Shown piece by piece: positions 19,915-28,290 of a DNA stretch of 64,000 nucleotides. The notes below the pieces were generated by a model, which was given only the letters and a program-made list of their open reading frames with translations, made no database searches and had not been told where the DNA came from. The stretch covers positions 26,314 through 90,313 of the forward strand of contig CAVYJH010000008.1 of NCBI GenBank assembly GCA_963768735.1, read 5' to 3'. The position numbers and the translations under genes are program-made. This DNA comes from an uncultured delta proteobacterium (GTDB taxonomy: Bacteria > Desulfobacterota > Syntrophorhabdia > Syntrophorhabdales > WCHB1-27). How positions within the stretch are numbered: the first letter of the stretch is position 1; each line of letters opens with the position of its first letter.

Positions 19915-20619
19915 GTGGTCGAACGGCTTAAAGAGTTCTATAAGTCCGACGTCCCCGTTGTCACGAGGATCGCCGCCAACAGCAGACGAGCGAAGCGAGA
20001 TGAGGGGGGAGACTCCGCGAGCTTGCTCGTGGAGGGGGCGCTGAGCCCCAATAAGCGACCCGACCCCTTTCTCGTGCTCATCGGCTGCCTTCTCAGCCTG
20101 AGAACAAAAGACGAGACAACGGACAAGGCCATGGAGCGCCTCATGGAAAGGGCCCGCACGCCGGAGGAATTGCTGTCGATCCCCACGGAGGAGGTCGAAA
20201 AGATCATCTATCCGGTAGGATTTTACAAAGTGAAGTCGCGCCTTATCAAAGAGATCAGCCGCACCGTCATCGAAAAATACCACAACACCGTGCCCGATAC
20301 CCTGGACGAGCTGCTCACCATCAAGGGCATAGGCCGAAAAACGGCCAATATAGTGATCACCGAGGGCTTCGGGTTGGCAGGTGTAGCAGTCGACACCCAC
20401 GTCCACCGCATCTCTAACAGGCTGGGCGCGGTGAAGACAAAGACGCCCGATGAAACGGAGATGGCACTGCGGCGGATCCTGCCGCAGGAGTACTGGAGGG
20501 AGTATAATCCGCTGCTGGTGACGCATGGGAGAAGGACGTGCAATCCCATATCGCCGTGGTGCAGCAAGTGCCCGGTCTATGACCTCTGCGGGCGGATGGG
20601 CGTCACGCGTTCGCGCTAG
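19915..20619 (+). CDS. nth: endonuclease III (carries an in-frame repeat-element insertion near the N-terminus)
   Basis: HhH-GPD core [15 protein letters not shown] ... VDTHVHR and Fe-S cluster loop [20 protein letters not shown] 19915 is the first canonical start after the upstream stop. Confidence 0.85.
   Translation: MVERLKEFYKSDVPVVTRIAANSRRAKRDEGGDSASLLVEGALSPNKRPDPFLVLIGCLLSLRTKDETTDKAMERLMERARTPEELLSIPTEEVEKIIYPVGFYKVKSRLIKEISRTVIEKYHNTVPDTLDELLTIKGIGRKTANIVITEGFGLAGVAVDTHVHRISNRLGAVKTKTPDETEMALRRILPQEYWREYNPLLVTHGRRTCNPISPWCSKCPVYDLCGRMGVTRSR
19986..20051 (-). repeat. copy of the repeat element, inverted, inside the nth reading frame
   Basis: CGAGCGAAGCGAGATGAGGGGGG ... hairpin CGAGCTTGCTCG ... 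GGAGGGGGCGCTGAGCCCCA. This is the reverse complement of the 11063 family. Confidence 0.75.
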
Positions 20620-20949
20620 CCGGGAAGGCCAACGGCCTGGAGAAATCGCGATCTGCGGCGCCCTGCTGCGGTCGTGAGGCTACGCCGTACGGCACAGTAC
20701 GGCTCCGCTCAACGATCCTCACAGGTCATCCACACCTCATCGATTCCTCCATGCCGCCGTCCACCCGATCCGGGTTCTATCAGCCCGAAAGTAGCTGATA
20801 CTCCCCGAAAGTAAAAAGGCACAAGCCCTATGAGCAAAATTCCCCCCATGCCGTTACTCCCGCAAGTTGTTATAGGTTCTTCTCAGGTTCGTAAATCCTT
20901 GATTCCCATATGTCAATGGCAGACCCCCTCTTTCGTCCCTATTGGCATT

Positions 20950-21987
20950 CTAAATCCAAAACTGATGAAGGATTTCCCATTTTTTAATTCCGAGGTCAGG
21001 CATACGATCGAATGTTGGGAACCTACCATCAAATACATCCGCGTTATAATTGACGGCTTCGTTAATCTCATTACGAGTCTTCTCAGAAAGTCCATACCAC
21101 CATGAAGGCTTGACAGCCAAATTTTCCAAACGAGTTGTGCACATCCACACCAATCTGCATGTAAGATTATTTGTTGTTACGAGATCTTCAATAAAACGAG
21201 TAGGTGCTTTGGCCTCATCATCGAAAAATGAAAGTAAAACAAAGATACCCGAATTATCAGGAATGACTGACACAAATAGATTTTGCATATTACAGTCAAA
21301 ATCAGTGTAATTCTGAAGCGACTCTCCATTAGAGAGATAATCCGGGAAAAAAGAACCAGCACATGCAATCACTGGAGAACTATTAGAATGGATGACGTAG
21401 GACTGCAGTCTCCCGTAATCGCCGTGAGTGATATATGCTTCAAATTTATTCTTGAAGGCTATTGCGTCTGACATTCCTTGGTACATTGAGGCTTTTGCTA
21501 TCTCAAGTTCTGGAGATAGCCTATATTCCTTGTCGCTTGAGAGACCTTGAAGTTCTGCTATTTGATTTGCATCAAGAAAGGCGTCTATCTGACAACCCTT
21601 AAAATAATACTCCCGGCATGCGCACCTATAAGCCTGCATAAAAAGTTGCTCTGGGGTTGCCATAAATGGTGACTGGTCTAAAGATTTAAATAGATTCTGG
21701 TCATGCTGATTGCAGAATCCTGGGAAAGCCAGTGCTTCATTAATACTGGTACTTTTGAAATGTAATAGCTTATTCTCCAATGTTGAGAAAAGGTTCATAT
21801 TACGAACCAACACGTGATTATTCTCAGCGATCAAACAAAGACTCTTGGTCTTAGATATTGTGTGCGACCTGCCTATTTCTCCGCTACACTCTCCCACTGC
21901 AAGACAAATTGGTCTTCTATGAAGGTTCCGCAACCGCTTCATATGCTTTTCTACTAATTTTGCTTTTTCTGCGCTGAAGGGTTTCAT
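20950..21987 (-). CDS. hypothetical 345-aa protein (Cys/His motifs; no family recognised)
   Basis: Long ORF in a visibly AT-rich segment. Motifs: CLAVGECSGEIGRSHTISK and GFCNQHDQNLF. No TM segment or signal peptide. Confidence 0.7.
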   Translation of the reverse strand: MKPFSAEKAKLVEKHMKRLRNLHRRPICLAVGECSGEIGRSHTISKTKSLCLIAENNHVLVRNMNLFSTLENKLLHFKSTSINEALAFPGFCNQHDQNLFKSLDQSPFMATPEQLFMQAYRCACREYYFKGCQIDAFLDANQIAELQGLSSDKEYRLSPELEIAKASMYQGMSDAIAFKNKFEAYITHGDYGRLQSYVIHSNSSPVIACAGSFFPDYLSNGESLQNYTDFDCNMQNLFVSVIPDNSGIFVLLSFFDDEAKAPTRFIEDLVTTNNLTCRLVWMCTTRLENLAVKPSWWYGLSEKTRNEINEAVNYNADVFDGRFPTFDRMPDLGIKKWEILHQFWI

Positions 21988-22106
21988 GTGGTTCCGTTTA
22001 CTGCACCCGCAATAGACAAGGGTGGCGGGACCGTAGTTTCGTTTATTCCGTTATTCGACCAGACGTGTGATGCCCATCCAGCAGCAGACCCCGCCGCATC
22101 TGACGG

Positions 22107-22520
22107 TTAGCGTTCAATCACGCCTTCCAGAGCCCTCATGAAGATATGGGGCAAGTCTCTATAAATCATTCTCAACTCCTTGTTGTAACCAAAGATCTCT
22201 CGCATAACTGGATGCTCGAATGAAAATTCGACCATTCGGTTGAACTCCTGAATAGCTTGCTCCTTTTCTGCCCTAGATTTACGGCTCTTCAAGATATCCA
22301 AGACCTCTCGGCCTGCTTCGTAAATCCAGGGGAAGTCATCTTTCAGCAGACTCAGGGTAATCTGGATGCCAACAAAAGTCTTCTCAAACACCGGAGACAA
22401 CTGCATGAGTTCCTCAACAAACATCGGGTTCCATTTGCGAAAAGATCGACGCAGTTGAGTTTCTTGATATCTCTCTAAACGATTGCGTAATTCAGCCAGA
22501 TTGTCCTTCACTTCTGCCAA
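22107..22520 (-). CDS. hypothetical 137-aa helical protein (same frame as 22578..22814)
   Basis: The ORF begins at TTG. It is in frame with the upstream ORF and separated from it only by one TAA. Confidence 0.5.
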   Translation of the reverse strand: MAEVKDNLAELRNRLERYQETQLRRSFRKWNPMFVEELMQLSPVFEKTFVGIQITLSLLKDDFPWIYEAGREVLDILKSRKSRAEKEQAIQEFNRMVEFSFEHPVMREIFGYNKELRMIYRDLPHIFMRALEGVIER

Positions 22521-22577
22521 TGAGTCGTGAAGATTCCCTTCCGGATTTCTCAGCAGTTTTTGGTTAATTCTTGTAAG

Positions 22578-22814
22578 TTACAGTATTTCTTCCAGTATCG
22601 CATCCCTCTTCTTATCATCGGCTCCGTTGGCCTTTTTTGTAGATGGCTCACCGACGGTCTTAACTTTCGCCAGGTCCTCTTCCAGCCTGGGATACCATGC
22701 GTCGAAAGCCCTATCCAAGGGCAACGACGACAGGGACGTAGTTCCGTTCATTCCGTTATTCCACAGAACGGCAAAGGGACAGGCCGCTTTTTTCACTTTG
22801 CCGTTCTTCTCCAT
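22578..22814 (-). CDS. hypothetical 78-aa protein (possible N-terminal part of a 235-codon gene)
   Basis: ATG-initiated ORF 74 nt downstream of the methyltransferase gene. It ends at a TAA that is in frame with 22107..22520. Confidence 0.45.
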   Translation of the reverse strand: MEKNGKVKKAACPFAVLWNNGMNGTTSLSSLPLDRAFDAWYPRLEEDLAKVKTVGEPSTKKANGADDKKRDAILEEIL

Positions 22815-22888
22815 TGGCCGTAAACCGTCTCGTCCGTCCTCCTGAGTCTTATAGTATTTACAATATGAATGAAATTACAAGGAAAATG

Positions 22889-25012
22889 TTATGGCGCCGA
22901 GAGGAATTCCGATTTTTCCGCCGGTGTCTGCTCCAGCCCACGTTTCACCGATTCAACGATTAGATCGATATCCTGTGCCGAACTGAGTGTCGTGAGCAGT
23001 TGGCCGAATAATACTATCTTTTTGTCATTGAGGGAGAGCGAAAAGCCGGAAGCCCGGAGCCTGCGAATTTTATCTAGGGCGGTCTCCGTGGCTCTTTCTC
23101 TGGAAACGGGACGGCGGTCATGGAGTTTATCGGCCTTCTTGCAGACGATGATGATATCGAGCTGGATCGGCTCTTTTGCCTGCGCCTTGGGCGTCGCAAC
23201 GGACATTTCGGATTTGACCGGGTGAGAGTTTACGACTACGAAGCCGGCGTTGAGAATCGCGTTGGACAGCGACTTCCACCCGTCATCCCGCGAATGGTGG
23301 TACGAAAAGACCAATAACCCATCGTCTTTCAGAATCCTGTTGCATTCGCGGAAGACATTTTCCAGCTTGTGCGAAAAACTTTCCGGATCGGCATCTTGCA
23401 CCTCGGCAGGATTGCGGGTTGTTCCAGGGGATGAGCCGTTAAGCCCTGTTTGCTGCCAGGCATAGAAGAAGTCGGCCAATTCGGAATAATGCACGTTGTC
23501 AAAGAAAGGCGGGTCGGTTACCACCAGATCGATGTTGCCATCGGATAATTCGGAAACAGACGAGTCTCCTTGCGAGAGATAGATGCCACGATTTACCGTA
23601 GATCCATTCGAAGGCCATTCGGATTCAAGCCTACCGCTGAACGCCAAGGAAGAGATGACGCCTTTTCCGGTCTTTGACCCGTTGACCTCGGTGGGATTCA
23701 TGCGGTACTCGATTGCCTTGATGAGTCGTTGACGGACCAACGTCGAAAAGGAGCCGGAACTCTTCGGCGTGCCCCAAACATTGGCTTCTATAGGCAGACG
23801 CTCTGGTTTGAGGATATGATGGGAGAACATGTGGCGCACCGCGCCGGTACCTTCTCCTTTATATGACACGAACATGTTATTGAATTCGAGGAGGCCGGAG
23901 AACAAGACAAGGAGCATGTTCCGTGTCGATTCATCTCCGATTTCTCTTATTGCCGACTGGAGCCAGCCAAGGGCGAGCAACTGACGATCGTTGAAAAATG
24001 CCTTCCACTCGCAAAAACCATAGTTTATGGCTTGCCGGGTATTATATCCGTCCTCCAGCTTGAGGGACGGCAGCGAGACCTTCTTCTCTTCAATCTCGCT
24101 CTTCAATAATTGAGCGCATCTTCCATATTCGTCGATGTCTTCTGCCGTAGCTTTCAAATATTCTTTGGTCCCTTCCCCTGTGAGTATGAGTTTTCCATAC
24201 AGGCGAAATGCAGGTGTTTTTCCGCTTTCTGAAATCGCTTTCACTGCAGAAAACACATTTTCGCAGTGCCGGCATGTCGCCTTTGGGCCTTTGACAGTCC
24301 CCGCTTCCGGTAAGAAACTATGACCGCAGGCGTTACATTTGGCTTTCTCCTGAGCGGAAATGCCTTGAAAAATGTCCCCGCAATGAGGGCAAAGGATCTG
24401 AACTTCGGGGTTCCGTTGGGGGTAGGCGTTCCGGGCAATGATCCAGGACGGAAACAGATCGGTCTTTTCGTGGCAGTCCGGGCAATCAACCTGCATCACC
24501 CAAAAATAATAAAGCACGTCGGAATCATTGCCCCTTGAGTCCCTGGAACGGTAGAGTACCCTGATTTTCCGGCCGACTCCTTCGGAAAGCTCGGTCAGGG
24601 CATTTTGAAGCGACTTCTGATTTAACGGCCCTAAAACCGCCTTTACCGATCCAACGGCAACGGGATTTATATCCCGGCCGAACGCGGTAAAACCAAGTTT
24701 GTGTGCTTCACCGATGGTGGTGCCGGAGCCCATGAAAGGGTCAAAGACAGAAACGCCCGAAAAGGCATGTTTCTTATAAAATAGTTGCGTCAGGTCCTCG
24801 TCCGGACGCAGCACACAGCCGAGCAGGATGCCGCGAAAGACCGAGCCCAGCCTATTGGCCCACCACTTATGGATGTGGTAGATGGGCCGATGGACCTCCT
24901 TGCGCCAGCTCTCCCTTTCGGCAAGCAGGGAAATGAACTCAAAAGGGAATTCATCCGTTTCGATTAGGTGATAGTTACTCGGATGTTTCTCCACTTTCGC
25001 TCTCTTTATCAT
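22889..25012 (-). CDS. DNA methyltransferase with DUF1156-like N-terminus and Zn-ribbons (COG1743-type)
   Basis: 707 aa. N-terminus: RKEVHRPIYHIHKWWANRL. SAM motif FDPFMGSGTT, four CxxC pairs (CPDC/CPHC/CNAC/CRHC) and catalytic motif VVTDPPFFDNVHY. Confidence 0.85.
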   Translation of the reverse strand: MIKRAKVEKHPSNYHLIETDEFPFEFISLLAERESWRKEVHRPIYHIHKWWANRLGSVFRGILLGCVLRPDEDLTQLFYKKHAFSGVSVFDPFMGSGTTIGEAHKLGFTAFGRDINPVAVGSVKAVLGPLNQKSLQNALTELSEGVGRKIRVLYRSRDSRGNDSDVLYYFWVMQVDCPDCHEKTDLFPSWIIARNAYPQRNPEVQILCPHCGDIFQGISAQEKAKCNACGHSFLPEAGTVKGPKATCRHCENVFSAVKAISESGKTPAFRLYGKLILTGEGTKEYLKATAEDIDEYGRCAQLLKSEIEEKKVSLPSLKLEDGYNTRQAINYGFCEWKAFFNDRQLLALGWLQSAIREIGDESTRNMLLVLFSGLLEFNNMFVSYKGEGTGAVRHMFSHHILKPERLPIEANVWGTPKSSGSFSTLVRQRLIKAIEYRMNPTEVNGSKTGKGVISSLAFSGRLESEWPSNGSTVNRGIYLSQGDSSVSELSDGNIDLVVTDPPFFDNVHYSELADFFYAWQQTGLNGSSPGTTRNPAEVQDADPESFSHKLENVFRECNRILKDDGLLVFSYHHSRDDGWKSLSNAILNAGFVVVNSHPVKSEMSVATPKAQAKEPIQLDIIIVCKKADKLHDRRPVSRERATETALDKIRRLRASGFSLSLNDKKIVLFGQLLTTLSSAQDIDLIVESVKRGLEQTPAEKSEFLSAP

Positions 25013-25787
25013 CTATGACGATTTCTTGTATCTGGCGCATGGCAACAGGGGAAGCCGGGCTTCCAGGCAATCTCCAGGCGCGAAAAAGATGCTCTCGCCC
25101 TGCATTCGGGTTAGGTAGCTTGTCAGGATTCAACTCGTTATTCTTTAGATCAAAGGAATATCCGACAGTCAGCTCTGTCGCTTCCTTTCTTAAGAGTCTG
25201 CCGACTTCAATAAAAGCGGCCTTTGTCTCCATTTCGGCGGGGAGAATGAGTGTCATTTGATGCGCCAAGCCTTCGGCAATTCTGAAAGGGGTAGGGACAA
25301 CATACATTTTTCTGTCACGTATCAGGATGTCGCCGTAACTCCCGAATCCCTTGACGCTCTTATTTTTGTGGACATATTCGTGATCCGCGTTCAAGAAGTC
25401 GCCGTGACAAATGACGAGATCGAGGACCGGGTAGCTGTTGCCGTCAGGATTTTTGGGGTATCTTCCGAATACATAATAGATCGTTCTCCCGTTATGATAG
25501 CCGGCCGGGACCTGGCTGTTGCTGTCAAAACTGGCATCCCGGCCGGGATAGGCAAGCCCCTTCACTTCATATCCCTCGGTCGCCGCAACCATCCGGAAGT
25601 CCGGATAGGTGTTTCTTCCGCCGATCTCGTAATTGAAAGCCCTTTCCTGAAGGCGTTTCTCAAACCAGTTTTGAAAATGGAATTCTTTGTCGGTGCTGCT
25701 GACGCGTTCGATCAGGACGCCTTTCCGAATCGCAAGGACACACCGCTCGAAGATTTTTGAGATGGTGTGCTTTGGGGAGTTACTCAT
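24975..25787 (-). CDS. putative type II restriction endonuclease (PD-(D/E)xK)
   Basis: 270 aa. YPDFRMVAATEGYEVKG fits PD...ExK. It overlaps the methyltransferase gene by 38 nt, suggesting an operon. Confidence 0.6.
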   Translation of the reverse strand: MSNSPKHTISKIFERCVLAIRKGVLIERVSSTDKEFHFQNWFEKRLQERAFNYEIGGRNTYPDFRMVAATEGYEVKGLAYPGRDASFDSNSQVPAGYHNGRTIYYVFGRYPKNPDGNSYPVLDLVICHGDFLNADHEYVHKNKSVKGFGSYGDILIRDRKMYVVPTPFRIAEGLAHQMTLILPAEMETKAAFIEVGRLLRKEATELTVGYSFDLKNNELNPDKLPNPNAGREHLFRAWRLPGSPASPVAMRQIQEIVIDDKESESGETSE

Positions 25788-26019
25788 ACACTATTTAATG
25801 AAATTATTCATGGGATAATCAAGAGAATTAGCGTCCTATCCATGGACTATGTGGAAACCATGGGTAGACGGGAAGGATGCCCTTTACATTTCTTATCTTG
25901 CGCGCCCCTTTCAAGTGCGAATGCCCTTCCCTCTTCGCCTGTCCATGGGCGATGGGGCCGTGAAAGCTGTTCCTTCGCACATGGTTTCGACAATTCGCCA
26001 CATACGCTTGGTCGGGCAA

Positions 26020-26250
26020 TCATGGCTGCAACTCGCACTCCACAGTCTCTGGACTGAAATCCTGTTCATGCGGCCACATAATGCCTCCAAAAGCGGGCCT
26101 GACAGACCGGAAATATGCCGGTTCCTTTAATTCTTTGAAGACGCCCTTGTCGATATACGGAGAGACATCAAAGACACCTTTCCTGCCGTTTGATAGTTCG
26201 ACTTTGAGTTTATAATCACCCATGGGTTCTACAGATATCACTTTTACCAT
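26020..26250 (-). CDS. DUF2442 domain protein
   Basis: 76 aa: VISVEPMGDYKLKVELSNGRKGVFDVSPYI ... WPHEQDFSPE. Confidence 0.7.
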   Translation of the reverse strand: MVKVISVEPMGDYKLKVELSNGRKGVFDVSPYIDKGVFKELKEPAYFRSVRPAFGGIMWPHEQDFSPETVECELQP

Positions 26251-26282
26251 TGATCCACCTCATTTAAGACCGCTTGACCTTC

Positions 26283-26540
26283 CTAAGGGTTCAGTAAAAC
26301 ATCGTGGGTGCCGACTTTGCGCAAAAGATATACGTCCTCTACGGTTTGGAAAGTGAACCGGTATGACAAGCTGATCCTGCCTTCCCAAATGCCCCTGGGG
26401 TCTTTCATTTTTTTTAGGTTGAGGGAAGGATGCTTTGGATTGGATAATAAAAGCCCCAATTGCTTATCCGTTAATTTCTGGATGTCTTGGGGCAATTTCC
26501 GGTAATCCCGGACAAAGGTCTTGGTAAAGGCGAGCTTCAT
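26283..26540 (-). CDS. RelE/ParE-family toxin
   Basis: 85 aa: FTKTFVRDYRKLPQDIQ ... GIWEGRISLSYRFTFQTVEDVYLLRKVGTHD. 4-nt overlap with the upstream antitoxin gene. Confidence 0.75.
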   Translation of the reverse strand: MKLAFTKTFVRDYRKLPQDIQKLTDKQLGLLLSNPKHPSLNLKKMKDPRGIWEGRISLSYRFTFQTVEDVYLLRKVGTHDVLLNP

Positions 26541-26821
26541 ACCTTGGTGGTTTTGAGGGCTTTCAAGGCGTCCTTGATATTGTCAAAAGGGCCGATCATG
26601 TCGCCTTCGGCAATATCCCGGTCGGCGTCTCTCTCCCCACCCTGCCATTCTTTGGTATGGAAGTAGGCTTCCTCCTGACGGATCATCTTTACCGGCTTCA
26701 GCACCAATTCGTTGTTGTGCTCCTCGATTTCCAAATAGTCGCCCTCGGCAATCCTAAATTTCTTCCTAATTTCATGAGGAATGGTTATTTGCGAATGTTT
26801 TTTGACTTTGATTAGAGGCAT
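26537..26821 (-). CDS. AbrB/MazE/SpoVT-type antitoxin
   Basis: MPLIKVKKHSQITIPHEIRKKFRIAEGDYLEIEEHNNELVLKPV. ATG 26821 has RBS AAGGAGATAAGG; the ORF-track start is 26842. Confidence 0.75.
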   Translation of the reverse strand: MPLIKVKKHSQITIPHEIRKKFRIAEGDYLEIEEHNNELVLKPVKMIRQEEAYFHTKEWQGGERDADRDIAEGDMIGPFDNIKDALKALKTTKV

Positions 26822-26983
26822 GTTCCTTATCTCCTTGTACAAATCGTAAATACTGTTAAATTATGAAATTATTAATTTAAGAATACCACATATAGAAAAA
26901 AAGTCAAGGCAAACCGCCGGGCAAGGGGGGCAAGCTCTTCCCGATGCTTAAGCGGTAATGTTTGCACTGGTATTAAACATTAT

Positions 26984-27006
26984 ACTGTGCTATGATATAG
27001 CACAGT
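26984..27006. promoter_or_regulatory. perfect 10-bp palindrome, likely vapBC operator
   Basis: ACTGTGCTAT-GAT-ATAGCACAGT, 22 nt upstream of the vapB start. It overlaps a -10-like TATGATAT. Confidence 0.5.
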
Positions 27007-27027
27007 AATGACAGAGAGGACAACATT

Positions 27028-27225
27028 ATGAGAAGCACAGTCACTCTTGAAAAGGCCATGCTTGACGAACTCCTGGCTGAAACCCACGCGAAAAGCAAAA
27101 CAACTGCGGTAAAGGAGGCTATCTCGGACTACCTGAGACGCCGCCGCATGGAGAAGATAAAGTCCATGAAAGGCAAGCTGGAATTCGACCTTACCGCTGA
27201 GGAGTTGCGCCACTATGAGCGGTAA
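27028..27225 (+). CDS. vapB: VapB-type antitoxin (DUF2191-like)
   Basis: 65 aa: MRSTVTLEKAMLDELLAETHAKSKTTAVKEAISDYL. Overlaps the downstream PIN gene. Confidence 0.75.
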   Translation: MRSTVTLEKAMLDELLAETHAKSKTTAVKEAISDYLRRRRMEKIKSMKGKLEFDLTAEELRHYER

Positions 27226-27610
27226 TCGTGTGCTGATCGATACGTCCGTGTGGATTGCCTACTTCAGAAATACCTCGGTCGAGGTCGGCGGGCGCGTCGA
27301 GGCCATGATGTCCGAGGCTGAGATATGCGTCCCGAAGATTGTTCTCGCCGAGTTGCTGCAAGGTTCAAAGTCGGAACGCGAGATCGGGACGATAGAAAGT
27401 TTTTTTGGCGCCTTCACTATTGTCGATCAGGGAGAGCGCTCGTGGCTCAGTGCCGGAAGGCTGGCTTACCAGCTTAAGAGGAAAGGAAAAACGGTGAATC
27501 TCGCGGACTGCTACATAGCTATTATCGCTCAGGAACAGGGATGCAGGGTTTTTACCCTTGACGAACACTTTAAGGAGATTCAGAAAGTGATCGATATCGC
27601 GTTGGTCTAG
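27215..27610 (+). CDS. vapC: PIN-domain toxin VapC
   Basis: 131 aa: VLIDTSVWIAYF ... LAELLQG ... DCYIAIIAQEQGCRVFTLDEHF. Confidence 0.85.
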   Translation: MSGNRVLIDTSVWIAYFRNTSVEVGGRVEAMMSEAEICVPKIVLAELLQGSKSEREIGTIESFFGAFTIVDQGERSWLSAGRLAYQLKRKGKTVNLADCYIAIIAQEQGCRVFTLDEHFKEIQKVIDIALV

Positions 27611-27768
27611 TGGAGTGCTTTCGTGAATCAAGGAAAATGTCGTAGTATTCCCGCCGCTCCCAACTGGTTCTTCGTCTACAGGAAGATACCCCTCGCCCTC
27701 CTTACCGGTAAACCGCCACGTTGACAACATCGGGCATCTGATATATTACAATAGCGTAGAGGACGCAC

Positions 27769-27978
27769 ATGGCAAGACAATTTACGGTGGTTATCGAACG
27801 AGACGAAGAAGGCTATTATGTGGCAGACGTTCCGGAATTAAAGGGATGTCACACACAGGCGCGTTCTCTGGATGATCTCCTTGAGAGGGTCAAGGAGTCG
27901 ATTCAGCTTTGTCTGGAAGTGTGCGGAGAAGACCTCCCGGCCATGGAGTTTATCGGGATTCAAAAAGTAGCGGTATGA
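27769..27978 (+). CDS. hicB: HicB-family antitoxin
   Basis: 69 aa: FTVVIERDEEGYYVADVPELKGCHTQARSLDDLLERVKESI. Confidence 0.8.
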   Translation: MARQFTVVIERDEEGYYVADVPELKGCHTQARSLDDLLERVKESIQLCLEVCGEDLPAMEFIGIQKVAV

Positions 27979-28244
27979 GCACGCTTCCGGCCCTCACCGG
28001 TACCACTCTCATCTCCGTCCTTAAGAAGATCGGCTTTGCCATCGATAGGCAGAGAGGAAGCCATGTCTTTCTGACACACCCCGATGGAAGAGCCACAATT
28101 ATCCCAGCCCATGAAGAAACCATAGGACCTGGTCTTCTTTCCATAATTCTGCGAGATGTTGGTCTCTCAACAGAGGAATTTCTCGACCTGAATGAAAAAT
28201 GGATATCCTTCCCCTATCCGGCGTGTCTGTTTTATTTGTACTGA
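27975..28244 (+). CDS. hicA: HicA-family mRNA interferase toxin
   Basis: ATG 27975 overlaps the hicB stop (ATGA). LISVLKKIGFAIDRQRGSHVFLTHPDGRATIIPAH. The ORF-track start 27909 is rejected. Confidence 0.8.
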   Translation: MSTLPALTGTTLISVLKKIGFAIDRQRGSHVFLTHPDGRATIIPAHEETIGPGLLSIILRDVGLSTEEFLDLNEKWISFPYPACLFYLY

Positions 28245-28290
28245 CGCGCAAATGTGCTACTATTCCTGCAAGACGATGTGAGGAGGAGGG

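Noticed and set aside
25788-26019. Small ORFs between the restriction gene and DUF2442 (25767..26057, 25828..26019, 25847..26038, 25849..26130)
   Set aside because: They overlap one another on both strands, and none has a start context or recognisable motif.
28250-28261. 12-mer AAATGTGCTACT shared between the alsD-like upstream region and 48806..48817
   Set aside because: It is a single short match with no extended similarity or symmetry. I cannot exclude coincidence and it has no obvious regulatory geometry.
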